A stretch of DNA of 64,000 bases from an uncultured Chloroflexia bacterium. Lineage in GTDB: Bacteria; Chloroflexota; Chloroflexia; Thermomicrobiales; UBA6265. Shown piece by piece: positions 22,731-31,639 of this stretch. Both the position numbers and the translations under genes were made by a program. Every line of letters begins with the position of its first letter. The first letter of the stretch is position 1. Where the stretch lies: positions 309,309-373,308 of the forward strand of contig CAVRUC010000010.1 of NCBI GenBank assembly GCA_963724295.1, in the 5' to 3' direction. Below the pieces are notes generated by a model, which was not told the origin of the DNA, did not search any database, and saw only the letters and a program-made list of their open reading frames with translations.

Positions 22731-23042
22731 GTACACAATACGCCACTCGTGACCTTGGTCTTTCGCTCCGATGCCCCCGCTCCGGGACCCGCGCCGGAGG
22801 CGATCACCACCCGGTCTCCCCAGCGGTGATCCGCTCTCCGTGCCGCCCACCTCCATGGACGGAACAGGTAGAAATGGTCGTCCTCCGGCTCACTGCTGAC
22901 GAAGTGGTGATGATGGCGGCGGACTGGAGGAGCGGGGAAGAGTAACGCCGCATGCTCGGGAAAAATGGTTCCGATAACGCGGGAATTTCCCCATTATGTG
23001 GAACCGGGGTCAGACGCTGCCAAGCGGAAAAATGGGGTGCGT

Positions 23043-23070
23043 GGTTCCCATAATCGGCGTTATCGGAATC
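23043..23070. other. dif-like tyrosine recombinase site (11-6-11)
   Basis: GGTTCCCATAA-TCGGCG-TTATCGGAATC; related copies at 22967, 26147, 26292, 27384. Confidence 0.7.
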
Positions 23071-23104
23071 AGAAGGTTCATGACACAGGAGAGAGCGGGA
23101 CCGA

Positions 23105-23236
23105 CGTCCCAGAACCCATCGACCTGTCAAAAACGCGGACGATGTTTTCGGGACGGGTGTGGAACGCCCATCCTGCGCAAACCTCAGTGAACGCGGGCTT
23201 CTTCTGGCAGTTCTGAATAGGATCGTTTCTGAGACG
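23105..23236. other. res-like site (serine resolvase)
   Basis: AGTTCTGAATAG-GATC-GTTTCTGAGACG (23209-23236) has 12-4-12 site-I geometry; further GTCYCA/TTNNGRGAC half-sites at 23105-23155. Confidence 0.5.
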
Positions 23237-23246
23237 ATGCTGCCCC

Positions 23247-24806
23247 TTACGCCAGACTCCGTACGTTCGACCGCTCGCGCTCGACCAGCACCCGGCGAAG
23301 AATCTTGCCCGAGGCGGATCTCGGGATCTGCTCGACGAACTCCACGCGGCGGACCTTCTTGAACGGGGCGACCCGCGCGGCGACGAATGCCATCACTTCC
23401 TCCGCCGTGACCGCTCCCTTTACGACCACGAATGCCTTAGGCACCTCGCCCGCGTGCTCATCCGGCGACGGGATCACCGCCGCGTCCGCGATCGCCGGGT
23501 GGGCCAGGAGGACGGCCTCCAGTTCCGCCGGTGCGACCTGATAGGCGTTGTACTTGATCAGTTCCTTGAGTCGGTCGACGACGTAGAGCCAGCCGTCCTC
23601 GTCGACGTAGCCCAGATCGCCGGTGCGGAGCCACCCGTCCGCATCGATGGCCACCGCCGTTGCCTCGCGGTTGCGCCAGTAGCCCTTCATCACCTGTGGC
23701 CCGCGCACCTGGATCTCGCCGTGCTGCTCCGGGCTGAGGGGGGTGCCCGTGGCGACGTCGACAATTCTGCATTCGGTGTTCGGCAGCGGCGGGCCGGCCG
23801 ACCCTGGTCGTGGGCTGGCGACGGTGGAGACCTCGTGGGTCCGTGCGCTCGCTTCGGTCAGCGAGTATGCCTGCCGCACCGGGCAGCCGAGGCGCTCCTG
23901 ACAGGCCTGCGCCGCGTCGTTGCCCAGCGGCGCCGCCACCCAGCGAACGAGACGGAGGTGGGAAAGGTCGTACTCATCGACGAGCGGGTGCCGCGCCAGG
24001 TCGCGCACGACCGGTGGCGGCAGGGTGACCTGGGTTGCGCGATAACCCTGCAGGAGTTGCAGGAAGGTAGTGAAGTCGTAGCGCGGGAGCAGCACCATCG
24101 TCACGCCGGCGCGGAGGCAGCTATTGAGTGTGACCAGCCCGGCGACGTGGAAGCAGGGAAAGATGGTCACGACCGTATCATCGGCTTCGAGCGATTCCAC
24201 AATGGCCGCGTTCGCGACCAGGTTGCGGTGGGTGAGCATCACGCCCTTCGGTCGGCCGGTCGTGCCGCTGGAGTACGGAAGGGCAACGACATCCTCGGCC
24301 GGATCGATCGCCACGCGTGGGGCTGGCCCCTCTCGTTCGTACAGCGAGGCGAACGGCGTGGCATCGGCCAGCGCACCGAGGACGAAGACCTCTTCGACGC
24401 CGGCCCGGCTTGCCGCCTGGCGCACCACCTCCCATCGCTCTGGTACGGTGAACACAAAGCGGGCACCGGCGTCACGGAGGTGGGCGGTCTGCTCGTCGAC
24501 CGTGAGGAGGGGATTGAGCATCGTCGTCGCACCGCCGAGGGCGGCGACACCGTAGAAGGCCAGGGCGAAGTCCGGGACGTTGGGCACGACGGTGGCGAAG
24601 ACGTCGCCTTTCGCGAACCCGCGCGTCGCGAGGCCGATGGCGGTACGACGGATGCCCTCGGCAAGGTGACCGTACGTGAGCGTGCGTCCGGTTGAGCCAT
24701 CGACCAACGCGGGTTTGTCGGCCAAGCGGTCACTGTGACGCAAGACGACATCGACCAAGGAAACATCCGGAATCTCGACGTCGGGGCGAGGACCGCGAAA
24801 GATCAT
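23247..24806 (-). CDS. 4-coumarate--CoA ligase-like AMP-binding enzyme
   Basis: YSSGTTGRPKG, GEIQVRGPQVMKGY, GWLRTGD, DRLKELIKY, SGKILRR. Confidence 0.93.
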   Translation of the reverse strand: MIFRGPRPDVEIPDVSLVDVVLRHSDRLADKPALVDGSTGRTLTYGHLAEGIRRTAIGLATRGFAKGDVFATVVPNVPDFALAFYGVAALGGATTMLNPLLTVDEQTAHLRDAGARFVFTVPERWEVVRQAASRAGVEEVFVLGALADATPFASLYEREGPAPRVAIDPAEDVVALPYSSGTTGRPKGVMLTHRNLVANAAIVESLEADDTVVTIFPCFHVAGLVTLNSCLRAGVTMVLLPRYDFTTFLQLLQGYRATQVTLPPPVVRDLARHPLVDEYDLSHLRLVRWVAAPLGNDAAQACQERLGCPVRQAYSLTEASARTHEVSTVASPRPGSAGPPLPNTECRIVDVATGTPLSPEQHGEIQVRGPQVMKGYWRNREATAVAIDADGWLRTGDLGYVDEDGWLYVVDRLKELIKYNAYQVAPAELEAVLLAHPAIADAAVIPSPDEHAGEVPKAFVVVKGAVTAEEVMAFVAARVAPFKKVRRVEFVEQIPRSASGKILRRVLVERERSNVRSLA

Positions 24807-25870
24807 GCCGTTTCCCTTCCCCACGCTGTGCCGTACTGCTCATGTGCCGATGGAACCGTCTGCAATCCCGCGATCACGTCCGCGTAGGCCGTCGTGTGCT
24901 GGATAAAGCCAGCCGGCAGTGGCAGTGCCACAACGTCGATGATGCCGCCCAGGCGGGCGCGGAGGTGGTCGACGAGGGTCGCGAAGGTGCCGGAGGTGCA
25001 GAAGGCGTCGATCACCTCGTCGGGCACGGCGGAGCCGAGTTCGTCCCACCGTCCTGCGCCCGCCAGGCGCCGCAGCTCTGCGTGAAGGGTCTCCCAGCCG
25101 TGGTGCGCGAGCACCGGCAGGTACGCCGGCGTCGAACCGTAGAACCCGATCCGCCGCCGCGCCTCCTCGCGCTCCCGGCGCACGGTTGCCTCGTCGGCGC
25201 CCGTGGCCAGGAACCCCCCACCCACAACGCGAAAGGTGGCGAGCGAGCGACCAGCTCGTGCCGCGCCGCGTTCGACGTGCGGCCAGACCACGTCGCGGAG
25301 ATAGGCAGGAGTGGTGAGAGGGTGCACGCGCACGCCGTCGCAGAGTTCGCCGGCCAGCTCGATGTTGTAGGGATTGACCGCCGCGAGTTCGATCCGGATG
25401 GGGCCGAACCGCGAGGGCGGCAGACTGAAGGCCGGGGTCATCAGCGAGAGACGGTAGAAACGGCCTTCGTAGCGCAACGGTTCCCCCGTGTCCCAGGAGC
25501 GCCAGATGGCACGGAGCGCCTCGACGTACTCCCGGAGCCGTGGTCCGGGGTGGGACCACTCCAGACCGAAGCGGCGCTCGATGTGAGCCTTGACCTGGGT
25601 CCCGAGTCCGAGGACGAAGCGGCCACAGGTCAGGTCGCAGAGGTTCCGGGCGAGGTAGGCCACGGTCGTCGGGCTGCGCGGGAACGCGATGGCCACGCTC
25701 GTCGCCAGGTCGACCCGCCGCGTCCCCGCCGCGAGGACGGCAAGGGCGAGGAAGGGGTCGCGCGTGAGCTCCGCGTGCGCGATTGCGTCGGCGCCAAGCG
25801 CCTCCGCAGCCGCCGCGAGCGCGGGCAGGTCCGACCAGTCGGCGTCCGGCAGGTAGGTTTCGACGAGCAT
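24803..25870 (-). CDS. F420-dependent LLM-class oxidoreductase (TIGR03617-type)
   Basis: DPF, TSVAIAFPRSP, GLGTQVKAHIERRFG, YGSTPAY; stop overlaps the ligase start (ATGA). Confidence 0.9.
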   Translation of the reverse strand: MLVETYLPDADWSDLPALAAAAEALGADAIAHAELTRDPFLALAVLAAGTRRVDLATSVAIAFPRSPTTVAYLARNLCDLTCGRFVLGLGTQVKAHIERRFGLEWSHPGPRLREYVEALRAIWRSWDTGEPLRYEGRFYRLSLMTPAFSLPPSRFGPIRIELAAVNPYNIELAGELCDGVRVHPLTTPAYLRDVVWPHVERGAARAGRSLATFRVVGGGFLATGADEATVRREREEARRRIGFYGSTPAYLPVLAHHGWETLHAELRRLAGAGRWDELGSAVPDEVIDAFCTSGTFATLVDHLRARLGGIIDVVALPLPAGFIQHTTAYADVIAGLQTVPSAHEQYGTAWGRETA

Positions 25871-26146
25871 CGCGTCCCCAAGATGGCGAGGCCATTGACG
25901 AGTGTCCCGATGAACAGATGCTATCGCGTGCGTCGGGGGCGAAGGCACTCCCTTCCGGCCGCCGACTTCGGTCGAGGTTCGGCCGAACATCAGCCATGGG
26001 CGTCTCGCGGCGCGTCGATTCGACCGGGGTGAGATGCGTCCGGGCAGCTTCTCAGGCGGTGAGCATAGACGATCCGCCGACCTGCGGGGCGCGGACGACG
26101 ACAGAGAGCGCTGAAGATCACAGTCAAGCGGAAAATCGGAGAGGGT

Positions 26147-26174
26147 GGTTCCGGTAATGGGCGTTATAGGAACC
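26147..26174. other. dif-like tyrosine recombinase site (11-6-11)
   Basis: GGTTCCGGTAA-TGGGCG-TTATAGGAACC, preceded by CAAGCGGAAAA at the same 22-bp offset as the 23043 site. Confidence 0.7.
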
Positions 26175-26570
26175 GCGCTCACCGTGGAAAAGGAGTGGAG
26201 GCCGCCCTCCTCATCGCCGGAGCGACCTGACAGGCGTCCCGCCAGCATTGCTTTTCATGCACCGGTGGTGGCTCGTAGAGCCATGACGTAGTTATGGGAA
26301 CCGAGCGCGGAAACAGCGACAACGCGGCGGCAGGCCGGATCTCCGCTCGGCCTGCCGCCTGTGGTCCATCGTGAAGGGCTAGCTGGTCGAGGCGGCGGGG
26401 TTTGGCGGGACCGAGCATCGGGGACTCCGGGGCGCAGGTCGGCTCGGAAGAGCGGTCAGTCTTGCGTCAGCGCGAAGGGCGGGGCTGCACGAACCGACCA
26501 AGCGAGTACGCTCGCGTCTGCCAACGACTCCCCCTCGCAGGAGGCGGTTAGTGCAAGACTGAGGATCGCT

Positions 26571-27350
26571 ATGAGCGAACACGCAAGCCGTGCCGCAACC
26601 CAAGAGGTCGTCCGCTCTGTCCTGGCGGCCGACTGCGCCTGTCCGGCGTCGGCCTTTGTCGAGGACGGACTGTTCGTCACCACCGCTGAAGAGCGGCCCG
26701 GGCGACGACGCTATCCACGGTCGGCCAAGCCGTTGGGCCTCGTGACCATGGGCCGAGGTGTCGTAGTGTCTTGTCACCCCACGTGGATCGCCTGGCTGCA
26801 AGAGACACTCGGCAATCGCTCCCGCGACACGATTTTCTCGGCACCAACGATCACTGAGTTGACCCGATTCGTGGCGCAAGAGGGTGAAGTGCTCCTCGGT
26901 CCGGCCCTCAGCCATGTCTGTGCCCACGAGGCCTTCCGCCCTGCCGTCGATCCGGCCGGCGTCATCTTCAGTGTCGTCGAGGGGAAGGACGTCTACGATC
27001 TCTACCAACACTTCGACTACGAGGACGCCCTCGACTATGAACCCGACTACCCGCGGCCGGATGTTGCAGCCGCCGTCGCCCGTCGCGCGGGGCGCATCAT
27101 CGGGATCGCCGGTATGAGTGCGGATAGTGACGCCTTGTGGCAAATCGGCATCGTGGTCGTTGCTGAGGAGCGCGCAGCGGGCATCGGGCGTGCGCTCGTT
27201 GGCCGCCTGACGGAGTACGCCTTCCGGCGAAACCGCGTTCCGTTCTACACGGCCGACGTTGGCAACGTGCGCTCCCACGCGCTGGCCGCCAGCCTTGGCT
27301 ATTGGCCGGCGTGGGTGGAACTCGTCGCCAGGGAACGGGGTCCCGCTTGA
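26571..27350 (+). CDS. GNAT family N-acetyltransferase
   Basis: WQIGIVVVAEERAAGIGRALV..., NVRS..LA..LGY. Confidence 0.85.
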   Translation: MSEHASRAATQEVVRSVLAADCACPASAFVEDGLFVTTAEERPGRRRYPRSAKPLGLVTMGRGVVVSCHPTWIAWLQETLGNRSRDTIFSAPTITELTRFVAQEGEVLLGPALSHVCAHEAFRPAVDPAGVIFSVVEGKDVYDLYQHFDYEDALDYEPDYPRPDVAAAVARRAGRIIGIAGMSADSDALWQIGIVVVAEERAAGIGRALVGRLTEYAFRRNRVPFYTADVGNVRSHALAASLGYWPAWVELVARERGPA

Positions 27351-27449
27351 CCACCGGACCACAATTGTCACCGCGCTAGGGCGTTATCGGAACCGAGTGG
27401 GTGCTACGGCGCTCTCAGCGATTACCGGGCACCCACCATCTACGGGGGA

Positions 27450-27551
27450 CTCAGCGACCGCCATCGCCTGGCGGTTCCGCTCCCGGAGTGCCGTACTCCC
27501 TTCGATGTCGGTGAAGAGGACGATGCGGTTACCTAACGGGAGATCGGGCAT
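27450..27551 (-). pseudogene. N-terminal remnant of an adenylate/guanylate cyclase-domain gene
   Basis: Translates MPDLPLGNRIVLFTDIEGSTALRERNRQAM; FTDIEGST class III cyclase motif, then similarity ends. Confidence 0.65.
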
Positions 27552-27557
27552 GATCCA

Positions 27558-27725
27558 TCACTGTACGACGTGGTTGATCAGCGCCCGCACGTCCCACTCG
27601 TCGTCCGGTGTGGGTAGGGTCATCTGCTCGGGTCGCACGTTGCTGAGCACCGCGAGGAAGACGCCGTGGGCCTCCCTGAGCTGGTCAAGTGGATGCCCGG
27701 TTACCGGCTGCTGTTGATCGGTCAC
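27558..27725 (-). pseudogene. 5' part of interrupted TIGR03086-like protein
   Basis: GGAGG RBS + GTG; MTDQQQPVTGHPLDQLREAHGVFLAVLSNVRPEQMTLPTPDDEWDVRALINHVV. Confidence 0.85.
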
Positions 27726-27985
27726 TGGGCCTCCATGTTTCGAGTCGAGAAGTCGAGAAGTCGAGAGGTCGAGGAGAAGACGGCAAGGAAGAGATAACGC
27801 TGACAGCTCCCTTGCTGACCACTCCCGTACCGGTGGGCGTGCACTTGGAGAGTATCGTGGTGCCTGCCTCTCGTAGCCTTTGCACTCTTTGCAGCCTTTG
27901 CATCCTTCGCCCCTGGAAAGGCCCGCCGCCGGACAGCGCTGTCCGGCGGTCTCCCGTTGCTCGGTTGACGTGATCTTGCGTGAAG

Positions 27986-28651
27986 TTACGCGCCCTCGCC
28001 GCCTGGACGCAGGGCGAAGTCGATGATCTCGTCGATCAGCAGGCGATCGTCCTGGCGCTCGAAGATGACGTAGACGGTGTCGAGTTGTCCGCCGCTCTCG
28101 TCGACGACGAAGGCGCCGACCCGCCCGTCACCCAGGTCCATCACGTCGGTGATCGCGATCACCCGCTCATCCACCATCCCGTCCATCTCGGCCGCTGGAC
28201 TCGCCTCGAGGAACGCCCGAGCTTCCTCCATGGTCGTGCCCGGCTCCCCGCCGAAGCTGCGCACGAGGTCTTCTGTGAACAGCGCCGTGCCCCGAATGAA
28301 GTCTCCAGTCGCAAAGCAGCCAAAGAGCTCACTCACGACGCTGACGGCCTCGCCTGCGGTCGCCTCGTCTGCCGGAGGGCCGACTGGAACGGTCAGCGAG
28401 GTGGACTGCGCTCCCGTCAACGGGGTCGCGGCGGGTACAGGGCTCCCCTCGGGGGTGTACCAGAGCGCAAGCAGCTCATCGGTGGAGCGAGGTTCGACCT
28501 GGCACGAGGCCGGATCCGGAGTGATCGGAAAGGTCCTCGCGCCCGCTGTTGGCGTGGCGTCTTGCGCCGCAACCGGTGCGGTCATGACCGCCGCCAGGGC
28601 AGCAGCGAGGGTGCTCGCGGTGAGGCGAGAAACGGGCAGAATCATCGGCAT
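27986..28651 (-). CDS. secreted hypothetical protein (possible NTF2-like C-terminal domain)
   Basis: Signal peptide ending VAA-QDATP; acidic; two Cys. Confidence 0.75.
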   Translation of the reverse strand: MPMILPVSRLTASTLAAALAAVMTAPVAAQDATPTAGARTFPITPDPASCQVEPRSTDELLALWYTPEGSPVPAATPLTGAQSTSLTVPVGPPADEATAGEAVSVVSELFGCFATGDFIRGTALFTEDLVRSFGGEPGTTMEEARAFLEASPAAEMDGMVDERVIAITDVMDLGDGRVGAFVVDESGGQLDTVYVIFERQDDRLLIDEIIDFALRPGGEGA

Positions 28652-28798
28652 CGCGTCCTCCTTCTCGCAAACAAACGCGGGTCGCCTCGGTAGCGACCCG
28701 GTGCTGGGAGGTTACGCAACAGTCAGGCCAGTGCAACCGAGACTCGCGTGAAGAGCCCGCGGCGAACAGGCGGCATTAGCCGCGACAGGTATCCCGCC

Positions 28799-29803
28799 TC
28801 ATCCAGCGTCGCCAATCATGCCGAAGAGCTGGTTGAGGAGTGCCTCGAAGTCTGGTAACGCCGATTCCTGGCCGGTCAGGAAGAGGAACCCGACGATCAA
28901 GCTGAAGACCGCGGCGAAGACGCCGAAGACGAGATAGACGGTACGCCGGGTGCTCGCCGAAACGAAGCCAAACGCGGAGAAGGCTGCGACCAGGGAGTTG
29001 GACATCAGCAACCCAAGAGCAAAGAACAGGAGCAGCGCGGTGCCGGTGGCCTGGGCCGTAGCCCCGACCGCGCCGGCGAGGAGGAGCGCCTGAGATCCCG
29101 TCTCGGCACCGATGCCATGCAGGACACCGATGCCGAAGGCAGTTCCCGGACCGTACTGGGTTAGCTCATGATGGTGGGCCCTGGGCTGGCCGGTGACGCG
29201 GCTGCGCAGCCGCTCCCAACCGTTGCGCGCCAGGGCGATGAGCACCATCCAGCGACTCTGCAGGCGGAAGTCACGGCCGTACCGCACGAGAGAATAGATG
29301 ATCCAGACGCCGAGGAAGATCAGCGTGATGCCGACAATCCGGCCCATGAGCGGGTCGATCCAATGGGGCAGCAGCGTTCCGAACCAGATCGCGAGGAGGC
29401 CGAGGGCAACGACCAGAGAGGCATGGCCAAGGGCATACATCGTGGCCAGGAAGAAGCCGCGCCAAGCCTCCTGCCGCCGGTGCCGCGGCGTCTCAACTCG
29501 TGCCATCTCGCCATACTGGGCATTCGCTACGTGCATCTCGCCCAGCCCGGACGCAGCGGCGACCGCGAGCGTTCCGGCCTGGGGCGTCGGGGCTGCGGCT
29601 CTCGCGAGCGACGACACAGTGTGAGCACTCTCCCTCGTGGTTTCATCAGTTGTCGCGGCCGCGCTGGTTATGTCGGTGATCGCGGCGAGGTGATCCCAGT
29701 CGATGCCGTGACGCAGCCCGAGCGCAATGCCCAGTCCGGCAAGTGACAAGATCCCCGGGTCGGCCATGTCAGTCAGTTTCCTCCGAGTCAAGCCGGGCGA
29801 CAT
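28799..29803 (-). CDS. NiCoT/HoxN-type nickel/cobalt transporter
   Basis: LGLRHGIDWDHLAAI, ALGH, GVLHGIGAET. Confidence 0.88.
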   Translation of the reverse strand: MSPGLTRRKLTDMADPGILSLAGLGIALGLRHGIDWDHLAAITDITSAAATTDETTRESAHTVSSLARAAAPTPQAGTLAVAAASGLGEMHVANAQYGEMARVETPRHRRQEAWRGFFLATMYALGHASLVVALGLLAIWFGTLLPHWIDPLMGRIVGITLIFLGVWIIYSLVRYGRDFRLQSRWMVLIALARNGWERLRSRVTGQPRAHHHELTQYGPGTAFGIGVLHGIGAETGSQALLLAGAVGATAQATGTALLLFFALGLLMSNSLVAAFSAFGFVSASTRRTVYLVFGVFAAVFSLIVGFLFLTGQESALPDFEALLNQLFGMIGDAG

Positions 29804-29842
29804 GCCGCATACAGCGTGGCCTGCTATTTCAACACTATGCAG

Positions 29843-29858
29843 ATGCGAAGATTCGCAT
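29843..29858. promoter_or_regulatory. candidate operator palindrome between divergent transporter and Fur-family genes
   Basis: ATGCGAA-GA-TTCGCAT. Confidence 0.45.
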
Positions 29859-29985
29859 TTCCGTACTGGGGGATACTATTAGGGTCGCGGCCCGCAGTCA
29901 AGAGACTCGACGTGCGGCATGCGGTGGAACCGCGAGAGAGATTCGCTCCTGATATTGTCGTCTCCATAACAGCGATGGGAGCCTG

Positions 29986-30483
29986 ATGAGCCGCGAACGA
30001 AATGGCATGAACGGCACCGAAGATCCGACGAGCACGCGTGGCCTGGCGGATCGATTGCGCCGTGTTGGGCAGCGGGTCACGCCGCAGCGGCTGGTCATCC
30101 TGGGGGCGCTCAGACCGGGCGAGCATCTGGCCGCCGACGAGATCTTCGCCCGCGTCGAGTCGCTCCTGCCGGGGGTCAACCGCTCGACGGTCTACCGCAC
30201 GCTGGAGCTGTTCCGCGATCTGGGGTTGGTCAGCATGACCGACCTGGGCGGCGGGGCGCGGCAGTTCGAGCTGATCGACGACCTGCATCATCACCTGATT
30301 TGCCACCGTTGCGGTGAGATCCTGGAATTGGACGATGACCTGGTCGATCCGCTCCGCGATGGCATCCGCGCCCGCTACGGTTTTGCGCCGGCCATCGATC
30401 ACCTGGCGATCTTCGGTTTCTGCTCCGTCTGCACCCGCGTGGCGGATAGTCGCGAAGGCGGCCCGAGCGGTGAGCGTCAGTAG
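29986..30483 (+). CDS. Fur family transcriptional regulator
   Basis: RVTPQR, STVYRTL, HHHLICHRCG, CSVC. Confidence 0.93.
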   Translation: MSRERNGMNGTEDPTSTRGLADRLRRVGQRVTPQRLVILGALRPGEHLAADEIFARVESLLPGVNRSTVYRTLELFRDLGLVSMTDLGGGARQFELIDDLHHHLICHRCGEILELDDDLVDPLRDGIRARYGFAPAIDHLAIFGFCSVCTRVADSREGGPSGERQ

Positions 30484-31054
30484 CGCACCCTTGCCACCCG
30501 CGGCAGCAATTCGTCGCGTGGACCGGCTTTTTCCGCAAGAGCTTGACGATCTGACAGAGGTGCTGGTCTCCTGCGTCGCCGAGGGCGCGTCGCTGGGCTT
30601 CCATGCGCCCCTGTCCCCGGATGTGGCCCATGACTGGTGGGCAGGGATCCCGCGAGATGGAGTGATTCTGCTCGTCGCGGAGCGTGACGGCCGCATCGTG
30701 GGGACCGTACAGCTCCAGCCCGCGGAGAGCGAGAACGGCGCGCACCGGGGTGAGGTCGCCAAGCTGCTGGTGCATCCAGAGTGGCGACGCCAAGGCATCG
30801 CCCGCGCCCTGATGGTGGCCCTCGAGGAAGAAGCGCGCGCGGCAGGCAAGACGCTGCTCGTGCTCGACACTCGCGAGGGCGACCCCAGCAACGATCTCTA
30901 TCGCGCGCTCGCCTATCGTGAAGCCGGCCGTATCCCCGGCTGGGCTCGCGACGCCAGTGGCAGGCCGAGCGCCACCGTTTTCTGGTACAAGCCGCTGGAG
31001 TCTCCATCTGAGATCGGTGGGCGTGGTGGCGCCGGAGCCCGTGCTCCATCGTAG
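30470..31054 (+). CDS. GNAT family acetyltransferase
   Basis: GASLGF, GTVQL, HRGEVAKLLVHPEWRRQGIA, LLVLDT. Confidence 0.88.
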   Translation: MSVSSAPLPPAAAIRRVDRLFPQELDDLTEVLVSCVAEGASLGFHAPLSPDVAHDWWAGIPRDGVILLVAERDGRIVGTVQLQPAESENGAHRGEVAKLLVHPEWRRQGIARALMVALEEEARAAGKTLLVLDTREGDPSNDLYRALAYREAGRIPGWARDASGRPSATVFWYKPLESPSEIGGRGGAGARAPS

Positions 31055-31145
31055 GGACGATCATCACGAGTCGCGGCTGAAGAGAATGGCGGGCGTCACC
31101 GATCACCTGCGCCGTGATGCGGTGTGCTGGCAAGCGGGGTGAGTC

Positions 31146-31463
31146 GTGCAGCGAGTCGCGTTCCGACTGCGGGTCAGACCTGAGCGGCTGGCGGAGTACA
31201 AGCGGCTTCACCAGGAAGTCTGGCCGGAATTGCTGAACGACATGCGGGCGGCCTCGATTCGCAACTACTCGATCTTCGCCGACGGCCCGGAGCTGTTCGG
31301 CTATCTCGAGTGCGACGATTGGGACGCCGCCACGGAGGCCCTGGCACGGTCCGATGCCAACCGGCGCTGGCAGGAGCTGATGAGCGACTATCTCGCCACA
31401 CCGGTCGACCCGGACGCCCCCGAGCCACTACGGATGATGGAAGAAGTGTTCCGGCTGGAGTGA
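31146..31463 (+). CDS. rhaM: L-rhamnose mutarotase
   Basis: EYKRLHQEVWPE, IRNYSIF, RWQELM, EVFRL. Confidence 0.88.
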   Translation: MQRVAFRLRVRPERLAEYKRLHQEVWPELLNDMRAASIRNYSIFADGPELFGYLECDDWDAATEALARSDANRRWQELMSDYLATPVDPDAPEPLRMMEEVFRLE

Positions 31464-31628
31464 GGGTGGTGGGGTGATGAGGTGAGACGAGGGTGACGGG
31501 GTCTCAGGGTGGCAGGGTGGCAGGACGAACGATGCCCGCCACCCTGCCACCGTGAGCGCAGCGAACAACCACCCTGCCACCACGTGCATCGGCAGGCGCG
31601 CAGCGAGTCATCACCCTATGACCCACGT
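31464..31628. repeat. 8-nt-periodic palindromic repeat (family A)
   Basis: GGGTGGCA tandem arms; two GCGCAGCGA modules. Confidence 0.8.
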
Positions 31629-31639
31629 GAGGAGGCGAC

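Larger units (their letters stand above)
22721..27574. mobile_element. 4,844-bp insertion bounded by direct repeat ACGACGTGGT, interrupting the TIGR03086-like gene
   Basis: Identical 10-mers at 22721-22730 and 27565-27574; removing the insert restores one reading frame. Confidence 0.85.

Noticed and set aside
27740..27910. Short GTCGAGAA and CTTTGCA tandem repeats
   Set aside because: Only a few degenerate units without inverted partners; no function can be supported.
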